Source of the DNA: Gemmatimonadales bacterium
GTDB lineage: Bacteria; Gemmatimonadota; Gemmatimonadetes; Gemmatimonadales; Gemmatimonadaceae
Direction of reading: 5' to 3'
DNA length: 64,000 nucleotides
Assembly (NCBI GenBank): GCA_038237245.1
Contig: JBBRYY010000004.1
Span: 1,193-65,192 of the forward strand
In this document: positions 35,302 through 45,895 of the stretch, one piece after another
Layout: each line of letters opens with the position of its first letter
How positions within the stretch are numbered: the stretch's first letter is position 1
The notes under the pieces: model-generated
Told to the model about the DNA's origin: nothing
The model's database searches: none
Seen by the model: only the letters and a program-made list of their open reading frames with translations
Position numbers and translations under genes: made by a program

Positions 35302-36851
35302 GCGAACATCGAGGTTGAGGATATCGGCTCGCCATCGATCTGCGTCACATCGTCAAAGGTGCCGATGGCGATCGCGTTGCGAATCGCGGCGATGTCGTCG
35401 CTGAGCACGCGATCGCGCTCCAGACGCGGGACGAGCTCGCGCACGTGCGCGTGCAGGCGCGCGACGCGGCGCGCGGGCTGGAGCGGTGCGCGGAAGTCGA
35501 TCGCCTGCGCACCGCACATCAGCTCGATGGCGAGGATGTGCGCGACGTTGTTGACGATGCGACGCAGCTTCCATGCGGCGCCCATCGCCATCGGCACGAC
35601 ATCTTCCTTGTTGCCGTCGGTGGGAATCGTGTCGACGCTCGCGGGATGCGAGAGAACCTTGCACTCACTCGTGAGCGACGCGGCCGTCACCTGCGCCATC
35701 ATGAATCCGGAGTTGACGCCGGCCTCGGGGCTGAGGAAGGGAGGAAGCCCCTGGTTGAAATCCGGATGCACGAGGCGGTCGGTGCGGCGTTCGGAGATCG
35801 TCGCGAGATTCGTCATCGCGATCGCGAGCACGTCGAGGGCCATGGCGACGGCCTGTCCGTGGAAGTTTCCGCCACTCATCAGCGTGCCGTCGTCGAACAC
35901 CAGCGGATTGTCCGTTGCCGCGTTGAGCTCGCGCGAGATGAGCCCTTCGGCGAAGTGCATCGCGTCGAGCACGGGGCCGTGCACCTGCGGCATGCAGCGC
36001 AGCGCGTAGGCGTCCTGCACGCGCGGATCACCGGAGCGATGCGACTCGCGGATCTCGCTGTCGGCGAGGAGCGCGCGCAGAAGCGCGGCGGAGCGCTGCT
36101 GGCCAACCTGACCGCGCGCGAGCTGGATGCGCTCATCGAATGCGTCGGGGGTGCCCATGAGCCCCTCGAGTGACATCGCGCCCGCCGCGTGCGCGACGCG
36201 CCAAAGCCGCTGGATGTCCATCAGTGCGACCGCGGCGACCGCGGTGTGCGCCTGCGTGCCGTTGATCAGGGTGATCCCTTCCTTCGGCTGCAGCACGACC
36301 GGCGCGAGCGCCGCGCTCTCGAGCATCGCGAGCGCGGGGCCCGCGTTCGCTCCGTGATGCAGCACGCCCTCGCCGATGAGGGTGAGCGCGAGATGCGCGA
36401 GCGGCGCGAGGTCCCCACTCGCACCGACGCTCCCCTGCTCCGGGATCTCGGGGTAGAGTCCCGCGTTCAGCATCGCGGCCAGCAGATCGATCAGCTCCGC
36501 GCGTGCGCCGGAGCATCCCTTGGCGATGACGTTCGCGCGCAGCAGCATCATTGCGCGCACCTCGCGCTCCGGAAGCAGCGCACCGACCCCCGCCGCATGG
36601 CTCCGTACGAGATTCACCTGGAGCTCGTTCAGCCGGTCGAGCGGAATCGACATCTCGGACAGCTTCCCGAACCCAGTCGTCACGCCGTAGACGACGTCGC
36701 CGCGACGCACGATCTCGTCAACGAAATGGCGCCGCTGCGCGACCGTAGTCCGCGCAGACGACGCCAGTTCGACCTCTCCATCGCCGCCCGCGACGAGCCA
36801 CACGTCACGCAACGTCAGCGAATGTCCGTCCAGTTGGATGCGCTGCTTCAT
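35298..36851 (-). CDS. hutH: Histidine ammonia-lyase
   Basis: MIO-forming motif [14 protein letters not shown]. The ATGA overlap with hutU is at its stop (35298). Confidence 0.96.
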   Translation of the reverse strand: MKQRIQLDGHSLTLRDVWLVAGGDGEVELASSARTTVAQRRHFVDEIVRRGDVVYGVTTGFGKLSEMSIPLDRLNELQVNLVRSHAAGVGALLPEREVRAMMLLRANVIAKGCSGARAELIDLLAAMLNAGLYPEIPEQGSVGASGDLAPLAHLALTLIGEGVLHHGANAGPALAMLESAALAPVVLQPKEGITLINGTQAHTAVAAVALMDIQRLWRVAHAAGAMSLEGLMGTPDAFDERIQLARGQVGQQRSAALLRALLADSEIRESHRSGDPRVQDAYALRCMPQVHGPVLDAMHFAEGLISRELNAATDNPLVFDDGTLMSGGNFHGQAVAMALDVLAIAMTNLATISERRTDRLVHPDFNQGLPPFLSPEAGVNSGFMMAQVTAASLTSECKVLSHPASVDTIPTDGNKEDVVPMAMGAAWKLRRIVNNVAHILAIELMCGAQAIDFRAPLQPARRVARLHAHVRELVPRLERDRVLSDDIAAIRNAIAIGTFDDVTQIDGEPISSTSMFA

Positions 36852-36860
36852 CCACCAAAG

Positions 36861-37703
36861 CTACGGGCGTGGACCAGCTCCGGCTACCACGCGGCGCAGC
36901 TCGGGATTGCCGTAATCCGTCTGATACGCCCAGTCGATGATGATGTAGTTGCTCCCCACCGACGTGACGCGCACGGCGCCGTAGTGCAGCCCATCGCTGA
37001 GGTTCGTCTCGTACACGTATGCGTATCCGGTCACCGCTTCGATCGAGCCCGTGAAGTATCCGCTCAGCGGCGCGACGTCGATCGACGTCAGATCATTGAC
37101 CGGATCCTGGCTATAGAGCACGACGCTCGTTCCGCTGCGCACCGTCGTCATCCAGATCGAGCCGTCGTTGAGACGGTTCACGACGAAGTCGAGATCGCTG
37201 CGATCGCCGGGAAGCACCTGGCCGAGCGCGCCGCTGCCGAAGTCGAAGCGAAAGCCGCTCGTCGAGAGATGTGCTTGCGACGCGTCGATGCGGATGTTGC
37301 GCGCGTCGTAGCGCGGGGTGTCGTAACGCGAGGACGAGACGTTGGACTCGATGCCATCGAGACTGACCGCCGTCACCGAGAAGCAGAGCGAGACGCCGTT
37401 CGTGAGCCCCGACACCAGAAAGTCTTCCGACACGGACGTTCCCTCGAGCGCCCACTTGTTGTTGTCGCAGACGCCGGTATCGAGATTGTACGACGTCGAA
37501 TAGACATTGTAGTGCTCGAAGTCGCCGGGGTCCGCGAGCCGGGAGTTGGGATCCCACGACAGCTGGATCGCGGTGCTGAGCGACACCGAAACCAGATTGG
37601 TCGGCGTGTCGAGCTTGACTCCGCCTCGTGGACCGGTGCCATTGTTGCCGGAACAGGCGGCGAGTGCCATGAGCGCTGCGGGAATCGCGATCGTACGACG
37701 CAT
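36861..37703 (-). CDS. Lipoprotein with fibronectin type III-like domain
   Basis: Internal ATG at 37703 gives MRRTIAIPAALMALAACSGN (lipobox). The segment LSWDPNS..FEHYNVYS..LTNGVSLCFSVTAVS is FN3-like. Confidence 0.6.
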   Translation of the reverse strand: MRRTIAIPAALMALAACSGNNGTGPRGGVKLDTPTNLVSVSLSTAIQLSWDPNSRLADPGDFEHYNVYSTSYNLDTGVCDNNKWALEGTSVSEDFLVSGLTNGVSLCFSVTAVSLDGIESNVSSSRYDTPRYDARNIRIDASQAHLSTSGFRFDFGSGALGQVLPGDRSDLDFVVNRLNDGSIWMTTVRSGTSVVLYSQDPVNDLTSIDVAPLSGYFTGSIEAVTGYAYVYETNLSDGLHYGAVRVTSVGSNYIIIDWAYQTDYGNPELRRVVAGAGPRP

Positions 37704-37868
37704 CTGAAGCTCCGAAGGAGTGATGCGATCTTTGAATGCACGCGACACGCCAACATCGCGTGCACGACTAACATTCTACACAGCAAGCAGATACAAGAGC
37801 TCACAAACGACAAATGTCCCCTGTGGAGGACACTTTTGTGACCGCACAAAGCAACATCGATCCGTCCG

Positions 37869-40800
37869 CTATGGCGTTGGGGTAATGGTGATGCTGATGA
37901 GCGACAGCCCGGCGCGTCCGGTCGAGTCTTTGGCCGTCAGCGTGATCACGTGCGGGCCAGGGGCGAGCGTCGCGATCGCGACGGTGGCGCCAGTGCCGAT
38001 CTGCCCCGACGTATTGTCCCTCCAGACGAGCGATGCGCCAGCGAGCGGACCGTCCTCCGCATCGGTGGCGTCGCCGGTGAAGGTGACGCTCGCGCCCTGC
38101 GCAAAGGTCGCGTTGTTCGCCGGTGCCGTGATGTGCACCACCGGCGCACTATTCGACACGACGGACGGCGCCACCAGAACGGTCGCCGGGCGATAAGTCC
38201 GCTTGTCGAAGTTGAACTTCAGGTTCGGCTCGGCGATCAGCGAGATGAAGAAGTTGAAGGAGAAATTCCCGTTCGGCGCCTGCGTGAAGGCGAAGATCGC
38301 GCGCCAGTCGTGCATGTCGCGCTGCAGGCTCACGACGTGATCCGAGAACTGGTGGAGCGCGAAGTCGTAGCCCGTGGTCCACTGCATCGACCAGCGCGGG
38401 GTAATGTGGAAGGAGAGATTGCCGCGCAGCGTGCTCTGTCTGGGGCTGACGTAGATCGTCGAGCCGCCCACGAGTGAGCTCGCCGTATCCGTCTGCGCCG
38501 GGGGATTCTGAAGACACGCTGGCTGATCGATCGGCGGGAAGTTTGCGCAGATCGCACGCGGGTCCGTCACCCTCACGTTCGTGCCGGTCACCGGCCGCGA
38601 TTGCGACTCCGTGAAGCTCACGGAGAGATTCCAGCCGGCGTTGCCGTTGATCGCGAATGGATAGCGCGACCCAACGGAGCCCGCGGTCGCCGGCAGTGCG
38701 TTGATCCCCTGCCCGTCGCTGCTGTTCATGCCGTTGCCGGCGAGATTGGCGCCGACGGGTGCGGTGTCGGGCCGGGCGCTGCCGAAGATGCGACGCAGCG
38801 TCTTGAATGGATTGCTGTTCTTTCCGATCGTGAACGTCGCCGTCATCCCCGTGCGGAACGGCTTGAACTGCGCCGTGTCGCTCAGCGGATCACCCCGAAA
38901 GAGCGAATAGTTCGACGAGAAGTCGAAGCCCGGCAGCAGATCCGACTGCAGGTTGTAGTTGAAGGAATTGCTCGTCACGCCGAAACGATGCGTCCGCGCC
39001 GCAACGACGAAGTCGTAGTCGATCGGCGATGCGTTGATCGTCAGCAGCTTGATCTTGTCACCCGATTCCGGAGTGGTGTCCGAGTTCGAATGGAGTTTCG
39101 CCTCGAGCGTCTGATTGAACTGGAATTGCATCGTCTCGGAGCGGAGACCGCCGAGGTAGCCGGCGCGCGTGCGGCCGGTGGCCAGGAGGAACGCATCGCT
39201 CACATCCGATGACGGCGCGTACGAGAACGAGAGTCTCGGCTGAATCGACTGTCGCAGCCGGGAAAACGGCCCGAAGCCGGGGAAGAATGCGAAGAAGGTC
39301 GGCGACGCCGAGATGCCGGTTTGGACGCGCTTGGACTGGCTCACCCATGCGCCGTTCGACAACGTCGTCTTGACGAGGTACGCGTTGCTGCCATCCGCGT
39401 TCTGGAACGAGACGAAGGGCGCAACGTTCCACGTCCCCTGCAGCACACCCGGAAGTGAGAACTGCGTGTCCCAGTCGAGCTGCTGCTTGCGAATGTTCGC
39501 GTAGCTGCGCGACCCGGTCTGCACGCCGGTGTTGAAGTCGAACTGCGTGACGATAGTCGGGAGATCGTTGAGCTGGTCGCTGTAGCGGAAGCTGTTGCTC
39601 AACTGAAAGCGGCCGATGCGTAGCGGCGTGTTGAAGTTCACCGTGGTGTTGCGCGTGTTCGCCTTGATCGCCGTGCTGTCGAGGACGCCGGATGAATCCC
39701 GGTATCGATAGCTGGTCTGCCCTTCGAGATTGAATGCCTGGTTGTTGTCGACGGCGAGCGTCGGCGTCCAGGCGAGCCACGACGAGAGGTTGATCGGCTG
39801 CGTCGTGACCGAGAAGTTCGGGAAATCCTGATTGACGAGATCGCGTCCGGAATACTGCGAGCGCGAGCCACCGGCCGTCACGTTGAAGGGTCCGAGCTTC
39901 TGCGTGAGCGCGAGCTGCGAGGAGATTGCGGCGAGCGCCTGGGCGACCGTGAGCGCATCCGTCTGATAGACACGCGTGTTGCTCGTGTAATTGAGATTCA
40001 TGTTCAGGCTGCTCGTCAGGGAGAACTGCTGCGAGTGTGCCCAGTTGAATCCGAGCGTGCGATCGCCGTTGCTATACGTCCAGTAGCTCGCGCGGATGCC
40101 GCCGCTCACGAAGCGGTCGAGCCAGCGGTAGCGGTACTCGCCATTGAACTTGTTGTAGCCGACGTCTCCTTGCTGGTTGCTCGTGCCGCTGCGCCAGTCG
40201 TAGGACACCAGCGCGTCCATGTAGTCGTTGATGTTGAAGTAGTAGCCCAGGTTGTCGACCGAGCGAACGTAGTCCGGCGACGTGCGGACGATGTCGGTGA
40301 CGCTGAAGCGTGGCGGGATGATCCCGCTGCGCCGCCCGGAGCGCATGTCCTGGAAGATGAACGGCAGCCAGAGCACCGGGATGTCGCCCACATAGAGCAC
40401 GGCGGGGCGCGCGACGAGCAGCGTCTTGCTGATGATCTTCACTTCCGATGACTGGAAGTGATAGTGCGGCTCCGGAAGATCGCAGCTCGTGATCGATGCA
40501 TCCTCGGCGTACGAGATGCTGTGCCCCTTCCCCGTGGTGTCGCCTTTCACCGCGGCGGCGTGACCGTAGATGTACCAGGTCTGCCCGTTCTGCGCCGACG
40601 AGGTGCTGAGTTGGCTGACGAGGCCGAAGTGGCGGCGCAGGTCGTACTCGAGACGGCCGATGGCGAGGAGATCGGCGGTGCCCTGCGACGGATCGCGCAG
40701 ATAGATCGTGTCCGTTTTGGGCGCGGTCGCGCGCATGAGGTGGAGGGAGTCGTTGTAGAGGATCGTATCCGCGACGAGCGTCGTCTGCACGCGCTCGACG

Positions 40801-41138
40801 ACCGCCTTGCCGGAGAGCTTGAGCTCGTGGCGACCGGCGTTGAGCTGAGCGTCCTTGCTTTGGTAGCGCGTGATCGTGTAGCCGGTGCGCTGGAGCAGCT
40901 GCGCCATCGTGGAATCGGGATCCGGCCAGACGACGAGGATGCGCGGTGCGTGCAGGCTGTCGGCGCGTGCGGAGTCGGCGGGGTTGCGCCCAGGCTGCAT
41001 GCGACGGCCGTGCGTGCCGTTGGTATCGCCGGGAAACTGGCCGCCCGTGGGATACTGCGTGGGCAGCTGGATCGGCTGTTGGGCGAACGCCGGCGTTGCG
41101 GCCAGTGCCAGCGCGCACAGGATCCACCGGGCGGTCAC
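37869..41138 (-). CDS. Large outer-membrane protein, LptD/OstA-like, with C-terminal Ig-like domain (1089 aa)
   Basis: Signal peptide MTARWILCALALAATPAFAQQ, OstA-like N-terminal beta-jellyroll region, a long beta-rich body ending in aromatic-rich strands, and an extra C-terminal domain of about 90 aa (VTFTGDATDAEDG..). The functional call is tentative. Confidence 0.55.
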   Translation of the reverse strand: MTARWILCALALAATPAFAQQPIQLPTQYPTGGQFPGDTNGTHGRRMQPGRNPADSARADSLHAPRILVVWPDPDSTMAQLLQRTGYTITRYQSKDAQLNAGRHELKLSGKAVVERVQTTLVADTILYNDSLHLMRATAPKTDTIYLRDPSQGTADLLAIGRLEYDLRRHFGLVSQLSTSSAQNGQTWYIYGHAAAVKGDTTGKGHSISYAEDASITSCDLPEPHYHFQSSEVKIISKTLLVARPAVLYVGDIPVLWLPFIFQDMRSGRRSGIIPPRFSVTDIVRTSPDYVRSVDNLGYYFNINDYMDALVSYDWRSGTSNQQGDVGYNKFNGEYRYRWLDRFVSGGIRASYWTYSNGDRTLGFNWAHSQQFSLTSSLNMNLNYTSNTRVYQTDALTVAQALAAISSQLALTQKLGPFNVTAGGSRSQYSGRDLVNQDFPNFSVTTQPINLSSWLAWTPTLAVDNNQAFNLEGQTSYRYRDSSGVLDSTAIKANTRNTTVNFNTPLRIGRFQLSNSFRYSDQLNDLPTIVTQFDFNTGVQTGSRSYANIRKQQLDWDTQFSLPGVLQGTWNVAPFVSFQNADGSNAYLVKTTLSNGAWVSQSKRVQTGISASPTFFAFFPGFGPFSRLRQSIQPRLSFSYAPSSDVSDAFLLATGRTRAGYLGGLRSETMQFQFNQTLEAKLHSNSDTTPESGDKIKLLTINASPIDYDFVVAARTHRFGVTSNSFNYNLQSDLLPGFDFSSNYSLFRGDPLSDTAQFKPFRTGMTATFTIGKNSNPFKTLRRIFGSARPDTAPVGANLAGNGMNSSDGQGINALPATAGSVGSRYPFAINGNAGWNLSVSFTESQSRPVTGTNVRVTDPRAICANFPPIDQPACLQNPPAQTDTASSLVGGSTIYVSPRQSTLRGNLSFHITPRWSMQWTTGYDFALHQFSDHVVSLQRDMHDWRAIFAFTQAPNGNFSFNFFISLIAEPNLKFNFDKRTYRPATVLVAPSVVSNSAPVVHITAPANNATFAQGASVTFTGDATDAEDGPLAGASLVWRDNTSGQIGTGATVAIATLAPGPHVITLTAKDSTGRAGLSLISITITPTP

Positions 41139-41917
41139 GCCGAGGCCTGCGCCTCGAGTGCCGACTCCCGCCGCAATCGCCGGCGGTAGATGATGACCGT
41201 CAGCACCACGCTTATCTCGTAGAGAAAATAGAGCGGGACTGCCATCGCGATTGTAGTCCAGACGAGATCACCAGGTGTCAGGAACGCGCCAATGATCACA
41301 CAGACGACGATGGCATGGCGGCGAAACTTGTTGAGAAGCTTCGGTGTGACAATGCCGAGGAGCGCGAGCGAGACGATCACGATCGGAAGCTCGAAACAGA
41401 GTCCGAACGCCAGCGTCATGCTGATCGCGAATCCGAAATATTCGGACGCGGTGATCATCGGCTCGAGCGACGCCGTGCCGAAGTTCATCAGCCACTCCAC
41501 CGCGAGCGGGAGCACGACGAACCACGACAGGCTGACGCCGCTCAGGAACAGGAACATCGCGAAGGCGAGCATCGGCATGACCAGCTTCTTTTCGTGCCGA
41601 TGCAGCGCCGGAGAGACGAACGACCAGAGCTGGTAGAAGACGATTGGCAGCGCGAGCGCCGTCCCGAGCGCGATCGACGCGTTGAGTATGATCGAGAACG
41701 GGTCGCCCGGATGCGTGTAGACGAGCTTGTGACCGTGCAGCTCCTTGATGATGGGCTTCTCGAGGAAGCCGATCACGTCGAACTGCAGCATTATCCAGAA
41801 CGAAATCCCGACCGACACGATGAGCGCAGCCAGCGACCAGATGATGCGCCAACGCAGCTCCTCGAGATGATCGAGGAACGGCATCTCGTCGCGGACGGCC
41901 GTGGATTTTTCCTGCAT
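41135..41917 (-). CDS. tatC: Twin-arginine translocase subunit TatC
   Basis: MPFLDHLEELRWRIIWSL, six TM segments and conserved FLTPGD. Confidence 0.93.
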   Translation of the reverse strand: MQEKSTAVRDEMPFLDHLEELRWRIIWSLAALIVSVGISFWIMLQFDVIGFLEKPIIKELHGHKLVYTHPGDPFSIILNASIALGTALALPIVFYQLWSFVSPALHRHEKKLVMPMLAFAMFLFLSGVSLSWFVVLPLAVEWLMNFGTASLEPMITASEYFGFAISMTLAFGLCFELPIVIVSLALLGIVTPKLLNKFRRHAIVVCVIIGAFLTPGDLVWTTIAMAVPLYFLYEISVVLTVIIYRRRLRRESALEAQASA

Positions 41918-41934
41918 GTGTGTCCGGCTGGCGA

Positions 41935-42783
41935 CTACTTGAGTGTGCGAAGCCGTTCCTTCGCGAGCGCGGCCTCATCGGAGCGAGGATAGCGCTGCAC
42001 GAGATCGTTCAACAGTCCACGCGCACCGGTGACGTTTCCCTTCTCCTCCATACCCAGCGCACGCTTGTAAAGTGCCGTGGGCGCGCGCGGCGAGGTCGGA
42101 TAGCCGGAAACGACCGCCGCGTAAGCGGAGTCCGCTCCAGCCGCGTTGCCTTCCTGCTTGTACGCCTCACCAAGATAAAATTGCGCATCGGGGACGAGAT
42201 CGGAAGTCGGGTACTGCTGCAGCAGCGTCTGCAGCCCCGTGCGTGCCGTGCCGGGTGAGCCGCGGCGCAGCTGCTCGAGTGAAAGCTGGAAGAGCTGATT
42301 CGGGCCCGGTGTCGATCCCGCGCCGGCGGCCGGCGCCGGTGTGACGGCCCCCGCGCGTGGTGGAGTCGACGGCGTGGCGCCAGTGGTTTGAGGCGACACG
42401 GACGGCGGCGCGCTGACCGACGAGGACGCGATGTCCGACTGCTTCGCCTCGAGCGTTGCGCGAAGCTCCTGCACGCGCTGCTGGCTCTGGCCGGTGAGCA
42501 CCTGAATCTGCAACAGCTGCTGGCCAACGTTGTACAGGTCGCCCCGCACATCGCCCTGCATCTTCACGACGCGCGTGCTCAGCAGCCCGAGCGAGTCGCG
42601 CACGATGTTCAGCGACGCGACGACCCGGTCGAGCGATGCGCGACGGGCAGAGTCGCTGCGCGCGTTATCCGCGCGCAGCGTCTGCACATCAGTGTGCAAT
42701 GCCTGCACATCCTCCCGCGTGGCGAAGCACGCGCCGGTCGCGAGGAGCACAACCGGCAGTAGGCACCGCACGCCGCGAATCAC
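41935..42783 (-). CDS. cpoB: Tol-Pal system protein CpoB/YbgF
   Basis: GTG at 42783 in a GTGA overlap with the pal stop. Coiled-coil N-domain plus C-terminal TPR (YPTSDLVPDAQFYLGEAY..YPTSPRAPTALYK). Confidence 0.78.
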   Translation of the reverse strand: MIRGVRCLLPVVLLATGACFATREDVQALHTDVQTLRADNARSDSARRASLDRVVASLNIVRDSLGLLSTRVVKMQGDVRGDLYNVGQQLLQIQVLTGQSQQRVQELRATLEAKQSDIASSSVSAPPSVSPQTTGATPSTPPRAGAVTPAPAAGAGSTPGPNQLFQLSLEQLRRGSPGTARTGLQTLLQQYPTSDLVPDAQFYLGEAYKQEGNAAGADSAYAAVVSGYPTSPRAPTALYKRALGMEEKGNVTGARGLLNDLVQRYPRSDEAALAKERLRTLK

Positions 42784-43346
42784 TGGGCAGCCGGCTTGAG
42801 GGCGTCGGCGCCCGCGGTGATCTCGAACTCGTCGCGGCGATTCTTCGACCACGACGCTTCGTCGTGCCCGTCCATCGCCGGGTGCTCTTCGCCGTAGCTG
42901 ATGATGTCGATCATCGCATCCGGAACACCGTGCTGCGTGAGATAGCGCTTGGCGGCAGCCGCGCGGCGCTGGCCGAGGGCGAGGTTGTACTCGTCGGAGC
43001 CACGCTCGTCGGTGTGGCCGGCGACGCGGATCTTGACGCCGCTGCTCGCGTTCAGAATCCCGACCTTCGCATCGAGCGAGGCACGATCGGCATCGCTCAG
43101 CGCATCGCTGTCGAGATCGAAGTAGATCGGAGCCGTGAGCGAGGCACGAGCCGCATCACGCGCGCTGTTCGCTTCCTCGTTGCTCGTCGTGGTCGGCGCG
43201 GGTGGCGGCGGCGGCGGTGGTGGCGCGGGAGCAACCGGCGCGGGGGCGGGGGCGGGCGCCGGAGCCGGCGCAACCTTCTTGTGGCACGCGCCGAGCGCGA
43301 GCACGGCAGCGAGCGACGAGACAGCGTACAGCGAACGAGCGTTCAT
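42780..43346 (-). CDS. pal: Peptidoglycan-associated lipoprotein Pal (OmpA family)
   Basis: Lipobox LALGAC, Pro/Ala linker and OmpA_C motif GHTDERGSDEYNLALGQRRA. Confidence 0.92.
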   Translation of the reverse strand: MNARSLYAVSSLAAVLALGACHKKVAPAPAPAPAPAPVAPAPPPPPPPPAPTTTSNEEANSARDAARASLTAPIYFDLDSDALSDADRASLDAKVGILNASSGVKIRVAGHTDERGSDEYNLALGQRRAAAAKRYLTQHGVPDAMIDIISYGEEHPAMDGHDEASWSKNRRDEFEITAGADALKPAAQ

Positions 43347-43431
43347 GATGGGTCTCTCCAGAGTAGGAACAAGGTGGTGCGAACAAGAAAGCCAGCATCG
43401 GCGCGCGCCACGTGCGCGCGACCGCTACAAC

Positions 43432-44772
43432 TCAGCGAGCACGCCCCAGCGTACGGGACCATGCCGCCAAACGAGCGCCGCCCGCATGCGTCAGTTGGCG
43501 AGCGCGCCCGGATTCGGAATCGAGAATCCACAGCTGCTTGACGCCTGTTCGTGACGACGTGAACACCAGATGACGCGCGTCCGGCGCCCACGCTGGATCT
43601 TCATTCACCCCTTCGCTCGTCAGTTGCTTCACCGAGCGATCGCGCAGCGAGATGACCATGATCTGAAACATCCCGCTGATCTGCGACTGAAACGCCACGT
43701 GCTGTGCATCCGGCGCCCAATCGGGATTCGAGCGGTAGTTCTGGTCCCCAAAGTTAAACGGTGTCAGCAGATCCACATTCGAGCCGTCGACATCCATAAT
43801 GTATACCTCTGGATGCCCGGCGCGCCCCGAGGTGAACGCAATCCGTCTCCCATCGGGGCTGAATTCGGGCGACGTGTTGTCGGAGCCATGCCCGACGGTG
43901 ATCCGTCGCGGTCCGCCGCCCGCGACGTTGACGAGCATCAGGTCGGTCCCCGCCTCGTCACCGTGCGAGTACGCGATGGTCGCGCCATCGGGCGAGAACG
44001 CGGGGGTTGTGTTCAGCCCCGTGGTGGTCGATGGGATCGTTCGCGCCGCGCCGCCGTTCACATCCTTCGTCACGATGCTCCACCCCCTGCTGCCAAGGAC
44101 ACTGTACGCGATCGTGTGTCCGTCCGGCGCCCACGCTGGAGAGAGCGACAGCCCTGCATCGCTCACGAGCCGCTCGCCATAACCGTCGCTGTCGACGACG
44201 TAGATGCGGCCCCCGCGCACGAAGAGAAGGCGCGTCTGCGCGACGCCGTGCGCGCCGGTGATCCACTGTTCGACCTCGTCCGACACACCGTGCAAGGCCA
44301 GTCGCCACTCCTCAGAACCACCCGCAATTGGAAGCGGGAAGTCGGCTACCTGTACGATCTTAAGCCCTGTCACATCATGTACTGCTACATGTACGCCGGA
44401 GGGAGTGACGGTCGCCTGCACCGCCGCCGCGGCATTCAGCGATTTCCAGAGCGGATAGCTCACGCCGGGACCGATGCCCTGGAGCGATGCGGCGGCCGGC
44501 GACCCCGGAAGTCCGATCACCACGACGCGATCACCGTAGTCCAGGTCGCGTGCAATGATCGCCTGGATGCTGTCCCCCCAGGCACCGCGAACCGCGAGCA
44601 CGATCACCCCGGGCTTCGTCCCCGGCTGATAGGTGAGACCGATGCGCACCGCGCGCGTCGTGTCCTGCGCGCGCGCGACCATCGGAACGAGGAGGAGCGC
44701 CATCGCCAGCGCGTACAGGACGCGGGCGGCGCGGGGGCACGCACGATGCGAGCGGGTTTGAACAATCATCAA
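43432..44772 (-). CDS. tolB: Tol-Pal system beta-propeller protein TolB
   Basis: Repeated P.WSPDG-type blades (PAWAPDGHTIAYS, PAFSPDGATIAYS, PEFSPDGRRIAFTS). Confidence 0.9.
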   Translation of the reverse strand: MMIVQTRSHRACPRAARVLYALAMALLLVPMVARAQDTTRAVRIGLTYQPGTKPGVIVLAVRGAWGDSIQAIIARDLDYGDRVVVIGLPGSPAAASLQGIGPGVSYPLWKSLNAAAAVQATVTPSGVHVAVHDVTGLKIVQVADFPLPIAGGSEEWRLALHGVSDEVEQWITGAHGVAQTRLLFVRGGRIYVVDSDGYGERLVSDAGLSLSPAWAPDGHTIAYSVLGSRGWSIVTKDVNGGAARTIPSTTTGLNTTPAFSPDGATIAYSHGDEAGTDLMLVNVAGGGPRRITVGHGSDNTSPEFSPDGRRIAFTSGRAGHPEVYIMDVDGSNVDLLTPFNFGDQNYRSNPDWAPDAQHVAFQSQISGMFQIMVISLRDRSVKQLTSEGVNEDPAWAPDARHLVFTSSRTGVKQLWILDSESGRARQLTHAGGARLAAWSRTLGRAR

Positions 44773-45482
44773 TGAACCACCGTTGGATCGAAGCTGAAAA
44801 TGACGGGGAGCACATCGTCGGAAAAGCCGTTGGGGAGCGGGCCAAAGCCGTTGTTCTTCGCCGCCGCCTCCACCGCACCTTGTGCGTCCAGGTCGAAGGA
44901 ATAGTTGCCGGACCGCGTCACGAACGAGATCGCGCTCACGGTGCCGTCACGTCTGATCAGAAACTGTACTTCGGCGCGCACGTTGGTGTTCCGATGCTCG
45001 CCGAAGTTCTTCGCGATCTGACGTACGATGTTCTCGAGGTAGCCGGGGAACGGAAAGTCGACACCCTCCGTGCGAACGGTGGCGACATCCGTGCCGCGAT
45101 CGCCGGTCGGTCCGCCGCCCGCCGCCGGACTGACGGTTTTCGGCGGCGTCGCCTTGGGAGTCGGGGTTGGTGTTGCGGGCGGCACCGTCTTCGTCGGCAC
45201 CGTGGTGGGCATCGGCATCGACTTGGGAAGCGTCTGCGCGCGCGGCGGCACCGGCGCAGCCTTCGGCGGAGGCGGCGGCGTCACCGCCGGCGGCACCACG
45301 ACCCCCTCGGCGCGCGGCCCGGGGGGCGCCGCCACGATGTTGACGCGATACATCGGGGGCAGCTGTTTCGGCGGAGCGGGGCGGATGAAGATGAGCGCCG
45401 CGACGACGGCCACGTGTCCAATCGTCGAGAAGGTGAGCGGAAGTGCGAGCCGCGAGCGATCGTCGGCGCGCGAGATGCTCAC
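44769..45482 (-). CDS. TolA/TonB-family energy transducer
   Basis: N-terminal anchor, Pro-rich spacer and TonB_C-like end (VQFLIRRDGTVSAISFVTRSG). Its position between tolR and tolB suggests a TolA role. Confidence 0.75.
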   Translation of the reverse strand: MSISRADDRSRLALPLTFSTIGHVAVVAALIFIRPAPPKQLPPMYRVNIVAAPPGPRAEGVVVPPAVTPPPPPKAAPVPPRAQTLPKSMPMPTTVPTKTVPPATPTPTPKATPPKTVSPAAGGGPTGDRGTDVATVRTEGVDFPFPGYLENIVRQIAKNFGEHRNTNVRAEVQFLIRRDGTVSAISFVTRSGNYSFDLDAQGAVEAAAKNNGFGPLPNGFSDDVLPVIFSFDPTVVH

Positions 45483-45895
45483 CGTCTGATTGCCTCCGGC
45501 TCGGCCACGAGCCCCACATCGCCGACGCCCGCCGCGCGCATGATCGCGAGCACCTGCACCACGGTGCCGTACGGCACGCCCTTGTCGGCGCGGAGGTAGA
45601 TGCCGCCGTGCCCGCGCTGCGCCGCGAGCGCCTTGAAGCTCGCGCGGAATTCATCGTAGCGGAGCTTGTTCTCGTCGACCAGAATGTTGCCGCCTCGATC
45701 GATCGTTACCACGAGTCCGTTCTTCGATTCGAGCGGCCGCGCCTGCGCCTGCGGCAGCTGGATGTCCACGCCGCCCTGCATCATCGGCGCCGTGATCATG
45801 AAGATCACCATGAGGAGCATCATCACATCGATGAGGCTCACGACGTTGATGTCGGCGTTGAGCGGGAGTCGTCCCGCGCGAGCGCGCCGGCTCAT
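45479..45895 (-). CDS. tolR: ExbD/TolR-family protein
   Basis: INVVSLIDVMMLLMVIFMI anchor and ExbD fold. Confidence 0.88.
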   Translation of the reverse strand: MSRRARAGRLPLNADINVVSLIDVMMLLMVIFMITAPMMQGGVDIQLPQAQARPLESKNGLVVTIDRGGNILVDENKLRYDEFRASFKALAAQRGHGGIYLRADKGVPYGTVVQVLAIMRAAGVGDVGLVAEPEAIRR

